Shown here: piece after piece, positions 61,715 to 64,000 of the stretch
Layout of the letters: each line of letters opens with the position of its first letter
How positions within the stretch are numbered: the first letter of the stretch is position 1
DNA from: an uncultured virus (IMG/VR IMGVR_UViG_3300042562_001845)
Lineage: Duplodnaviria; Heunggongvirae; Uroviricota; Caudoviricetes
Direction: 5' to 3' (one strand)
DNA: 64,000 bases
IMG/VR virus record: IMGVR_UViG_3300042562_001845
Position numbers and translations under genes: made by a program
Notes under the pieces: generated by a model
Databases searched by the model: none
Told to the model about the DNA's origin: nothing
Seen by the model: the letters and a program-made list of their open reading frames with translations, nothing else

Positions 61715-62130
61715 ACTGCTTGCCCGTTTACGACTCCTTTGTGGTATCCTCTGAAGTCTGGATAGGTAATACCTTCTACTTTGTCTAAGTAGTTGGTGAT
61801 TGCCCCAATGATGTTTTGACGACCATTAGTATTGTCAGAGTGAACGTACCAGCTTTTAGGAAATGATTTGTCATTATCTAAGCAGTATCCGATTACATAG
61901 TCGACTGCATTTTTTCCCGTCATTTCGTTTCCGTCCGCGTCAAAGCAAGCCAAGTCGTGGTCGAAAGAGATCAAGTCAATGTCGTCGAATTTCGCGTTTA
62001 CAACGTCTACAAAGTCGTCGTAGGTTCTAACAATAGTCCAGTCAGAATCTTTGGAATAAGCTACTCCTAACCCTTTAGAAGAGTTGTGTGCCATGTTCGC
62101 GGATCTGATGTCGTCTAAAAATAAGTTCAT
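61711..62130 (-). CDS. Second cREC receiver-like protein
   Basis: LFLDDIR, LISFDHDL, TGKNA, VHSDN..G. Confidence 0.75.
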   Translation of the reverse strand: MNLFLDDIRSANMAHNSSKGLGVAYSKDSDWTIVRTYDDFVDVVNAKFDDIDLISFDHDLACFDADGNEMTGKNAVDYVIGYCLDNDKSFPKSWYVHSDNTNGRQNIIGAITNYLDKVEGITYPDFRGYHKGVVNGQAV

Positions 62131-62131
62131 T

Positions 62132-62302
62132 TTAGTCTAAGTAAATGTCTAAGTATTCAGTGAAGCAATAGTCTAATAGTACGCCTTGGTACATCAGCTG
62201 TTCGTATTCAAAAAGGTTATCACACTTTGACAATCTGTCGATGATGAAGTTCGCGTAGATTTGTCCAAAGTATTGAGCGATTTGTTTTAGTTTATTTTTC
62301 AT
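62132..62302 (-). CDS. Small hypothetical protein (start likely MKNKLK)
   Basis: ATGA coupling with the upstream ORF. Confidence 0.5.
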   Translation of the reverse strand: MKNKLKQIAQYFGQIYANFIIDRLSKCDNLFEYEQLMYQGVLLDYCFTEYLDIYLD

Positions 62303-62553
62303 TGTTCGTTTTTTAAAAGTTCTTCTAATTGATTGATAGTTATTACAGACTCTACGTTTGTTAGGTTCTGCTCGCCTAGTGGTCTTGAAAGCTGAGATTT
62401 TAACCAAGTCTCTCTAGTACTATTCTTAATCTGCGTTGCCTTTTCAAAGGAAGTTGGATCGGAAGATACAATGTCCCATTCTTTTTTCCCAAAGTTTTCG
62501 CTAAACGGATCTGTTTCGGTCCAGCTGCAGATAACAACATATATATTTTCCAT
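62299..62553 (-). CDS. Hypothetical protein
   Basis: TATCTTTG at 62570-62577. Confidence 0.6.
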   Translation of the reverse strand: MENIYVVICSWTETDPFSENFGKKEWDIVSSDPTSFEKATQIKNSTRETWLKSQLSRPLGEQNLTNVESVITINQLEELLKNEQ

Positions 62554-62588
62554 AGTGTTTTATTTTAAACAAAGATAAGGAATGTTTG

Positions 62589-63041
62589 CTAGTTTTGAAA
62601 GTTTCTAAGAAATTTCTTTTCGACTGGTCTCAAACCATCCATTCCGCACTGTCCGATTCTGTCCAGAACGAGGTCCATGTCGAGATTGTCGTAGATCCAT
62701 TGGTCGAGCTTGGCCTTGTACGTGTTCCATCGGAAACGATTTAAAGCGTTCACGAATGGTTTAAGCGAACTTTCAACACATAACTTGTTCTCTAACACTT
62801 TTTCAGAAACATCTTCTAATGTATGTTCAATAAAGTTATTGTCTAATATCTTGGAATACTTCTCTATGTCTAACGGAGAGAATATAAGATAAAGAGTATA
62901 TCGTTCCTTATCATTGAAGTCAAAGAAGGAATCTGGGCTCATAGTAGATATTGTTAATTTCTCTTGCTCAGAAAACTTTTCGTAGTCTTTATCTAAATCA
63001 AAGGAAGATTTTGTAAATTTTATTTCATATAGTCTGTTCAT
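62589..63041 (-). CDS. Hypothetical protein with DUF6576-like C-terminus
   Basis: MDLVLDRIGQCGMDGLRPVEKKFL. Confidence 0.6.
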   Translation of the reverse strand: MNRLYEIKFTKSSFDLDKDYEKFSEQEKLTISTMSPDSFFDFNDKERYTLYLIFSPLDIEKYSKILDNNFIEHTLEDVSEKVLENKLCVESSLKPFVNALNRFRWNTYKAKLDQWIYDNLDMDLVLDRIGQCGMDGLRPVEKKFLRNFQN

Positions 63042-63319
63042 CGTAAAAGTGTTTTTTTTATTATTCGGTCTTCTGAATAAGCGACAATGAAATAAAATCC
63101 CGGAATTTCACATTTTTCAAATGGTAAAAAATAATAGAAGTTATCATATACATCAACTTCAATGTTGTCTAACATAGTACCCATAGAGTTATAAAGATTT
63201 ACCGAATAATGTGTTGATAAAGAGTCACTTTCAGACTTTAAAAGTGAGAATGGTGATTGTTGTTGAGCAAAAACGCCAATAGTAAAAATGGCAAAAAATA
63301 AAAGTAGTTTGAATTTCAT
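63038..63319 (-). CDS. Signal peptide plus T9SS C-terminal sorting-domain-like mini-protein
   Basis: MKFKLLLFFAIFTIGVFA|QQQ; LYNSMG...PGFYFI...IKK; AATATATA-N4-ATG at 63319. Confidence 0.55.
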   Translation of the reverse strand: MKFKLLLFFAIFTIGVFAQQQSPFSLLKSESDSLSTHYSVNLYNSMGTMLDNIEVDVYDNFYYFLPFEKCEIPGFYFIVAYSEDRIIKKTLLR

Positions 63320-63363
63320 ATTATATATATTATTTATTAAAAACATGTAACATCATGATATAC

Positions 63364-63990
63364 TTATAACTCTATAATATCATTATGTTCTTGTCCTAAG
63401 ATTTCAAAAGATTTCCAATCATATCCTGATTGTCTAGAATCTTTTGTCAGTGCCACATAGTAAATAGTACCACCTAAATCTGCTTTTATTACTTTTGGTA
63501 TAAGGTGATTCTTTACTTTCTTAAACTTCTCACAAAGTTTTTCGTTTACAGCTTCTTCGATTATACCAAATACATGACGATCAAAAACAGACTTCATCTT
63601 CTCTAATCTTCTAAGCTCTTCTCCTAGCTCGAATTTTCTTTTGTTGTTAAGAATGAAGTTTATTTTCTGTTCTCTTGCAAGCACTATGTCTTTTACAGAA
63701 AAAGATACTCTGTCTGTCGAATATGCCCATCCAAAATGGTCGTCTTTTCTTATAGAATATTTCCAGGCGATTCCATCTCTGTCGAAATAGATTTCTATAG
63801 CCTTTTCGCTTGTATCCATACTATCGTCATTGATTATCTTATCTATGAATTCTGAAAAGTCTTTTCTTCTCCTATCCGCTCTTTCTTTTGCACGAAGATA
63901 AAGTTCATGTAGCTCTTTGAAACTCCAAGTCTTTGGATTTCTGTTGAATTTACATTCAAACTGCCATCTTCTCAAAAAGTTTACTCCCAA
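63364..63990 (-). CDS. Hypothetical protein (may extend beyond the window)
   Basis: ORF; internal REQKINFIL motif. Confidence 0.6.
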   Translation of the reverse strand: MGVNFLRRWQFECKFNRNPKTWSFKELHELYLRAKERADRRRKDFSEFIDKIINDDSMDTSEKAIEIYFDRDGIAWKYSIRKDDHFGWAYSTDRVSFSVKDIVLAREQKINFILNNKRKFELGEELRRLEKMKSVFDRHVFGIIEEAVNEKLCEKFKKVKNHLIPKVIKADLGGTIYYVALTKDSRQSGYDWKSFEILGQEHNDIIEL

Positions 63991-64000
63991 ATTTTTATCG

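Noticed and set aside
1..64000. Stop-codon reassignment (code 15 or 4) as in some jumbo phages
   Set aside because: Conserved genes are full length in code 11, and TAG and TGA end genes at expected positions.
1..64000. Bacterial chromosome or giant eukaryotic virus origin
   Set aside because: T4-like neck, SSB, tail and RNA ligase genes, dense short ORFans, bacterial promoters and intrinsic terminators favour a jumbo phage; no ribosomal or NCLDV core genes seen.

Overview
AT-rich, gene-dense 64-kb segment of a jumbo tailed phage (Caudoviricetes) with T4-like core genes: gp13-like neck, gp32-like SSB, gp3/tail-tube-like protein, Rnl1-like RNA ligase and a gp57B/Acb1-like 2H enzyme. ORFs are intact in standard code 11. 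The host is most likely Bacteroidota, judged from TTTG-N19/20-TAnnTTTG promoters, no obvious Shine-Dalgarno sites and a T9SS-CTD-like protein. The window carries many cell-like genes: DnaK, GrpE, DnaJ, ClpC, a GAF/PAS histidine kinase with receiver, NrdB, AhcY beside a C5 DNA methyltransferase, cyanophycinase, a ~10-kb GDP-fucose/glycosylation island, RNA-repair and translation-rescue candidates, and large LamG/DUF1566/DUF285 surface proteins. Reading the raw sequence shows several unannotated layers: (i) three recurrent promoter-like motifs, one exactly 4 nt before ATG (apparently leaderless); (ii) about 9 unrelated proteins sharing a T4 capsid-targeting-like N-terminal tag; (iii) about 9 small proteins sharing an R-[DEK]-x-x-[IL]-x-x-[IL] motif near the C-terminus; (iv) a structured ~90-nt RNA/mini-ORF upstream of nrdB; (v) a sigma54-like promoter at dnaK; (vi) a recombination scar in the glycan island; (vii) two small ORFs missing from the ORF track. 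All family calls come from motif recognition by eye; no searches were run.
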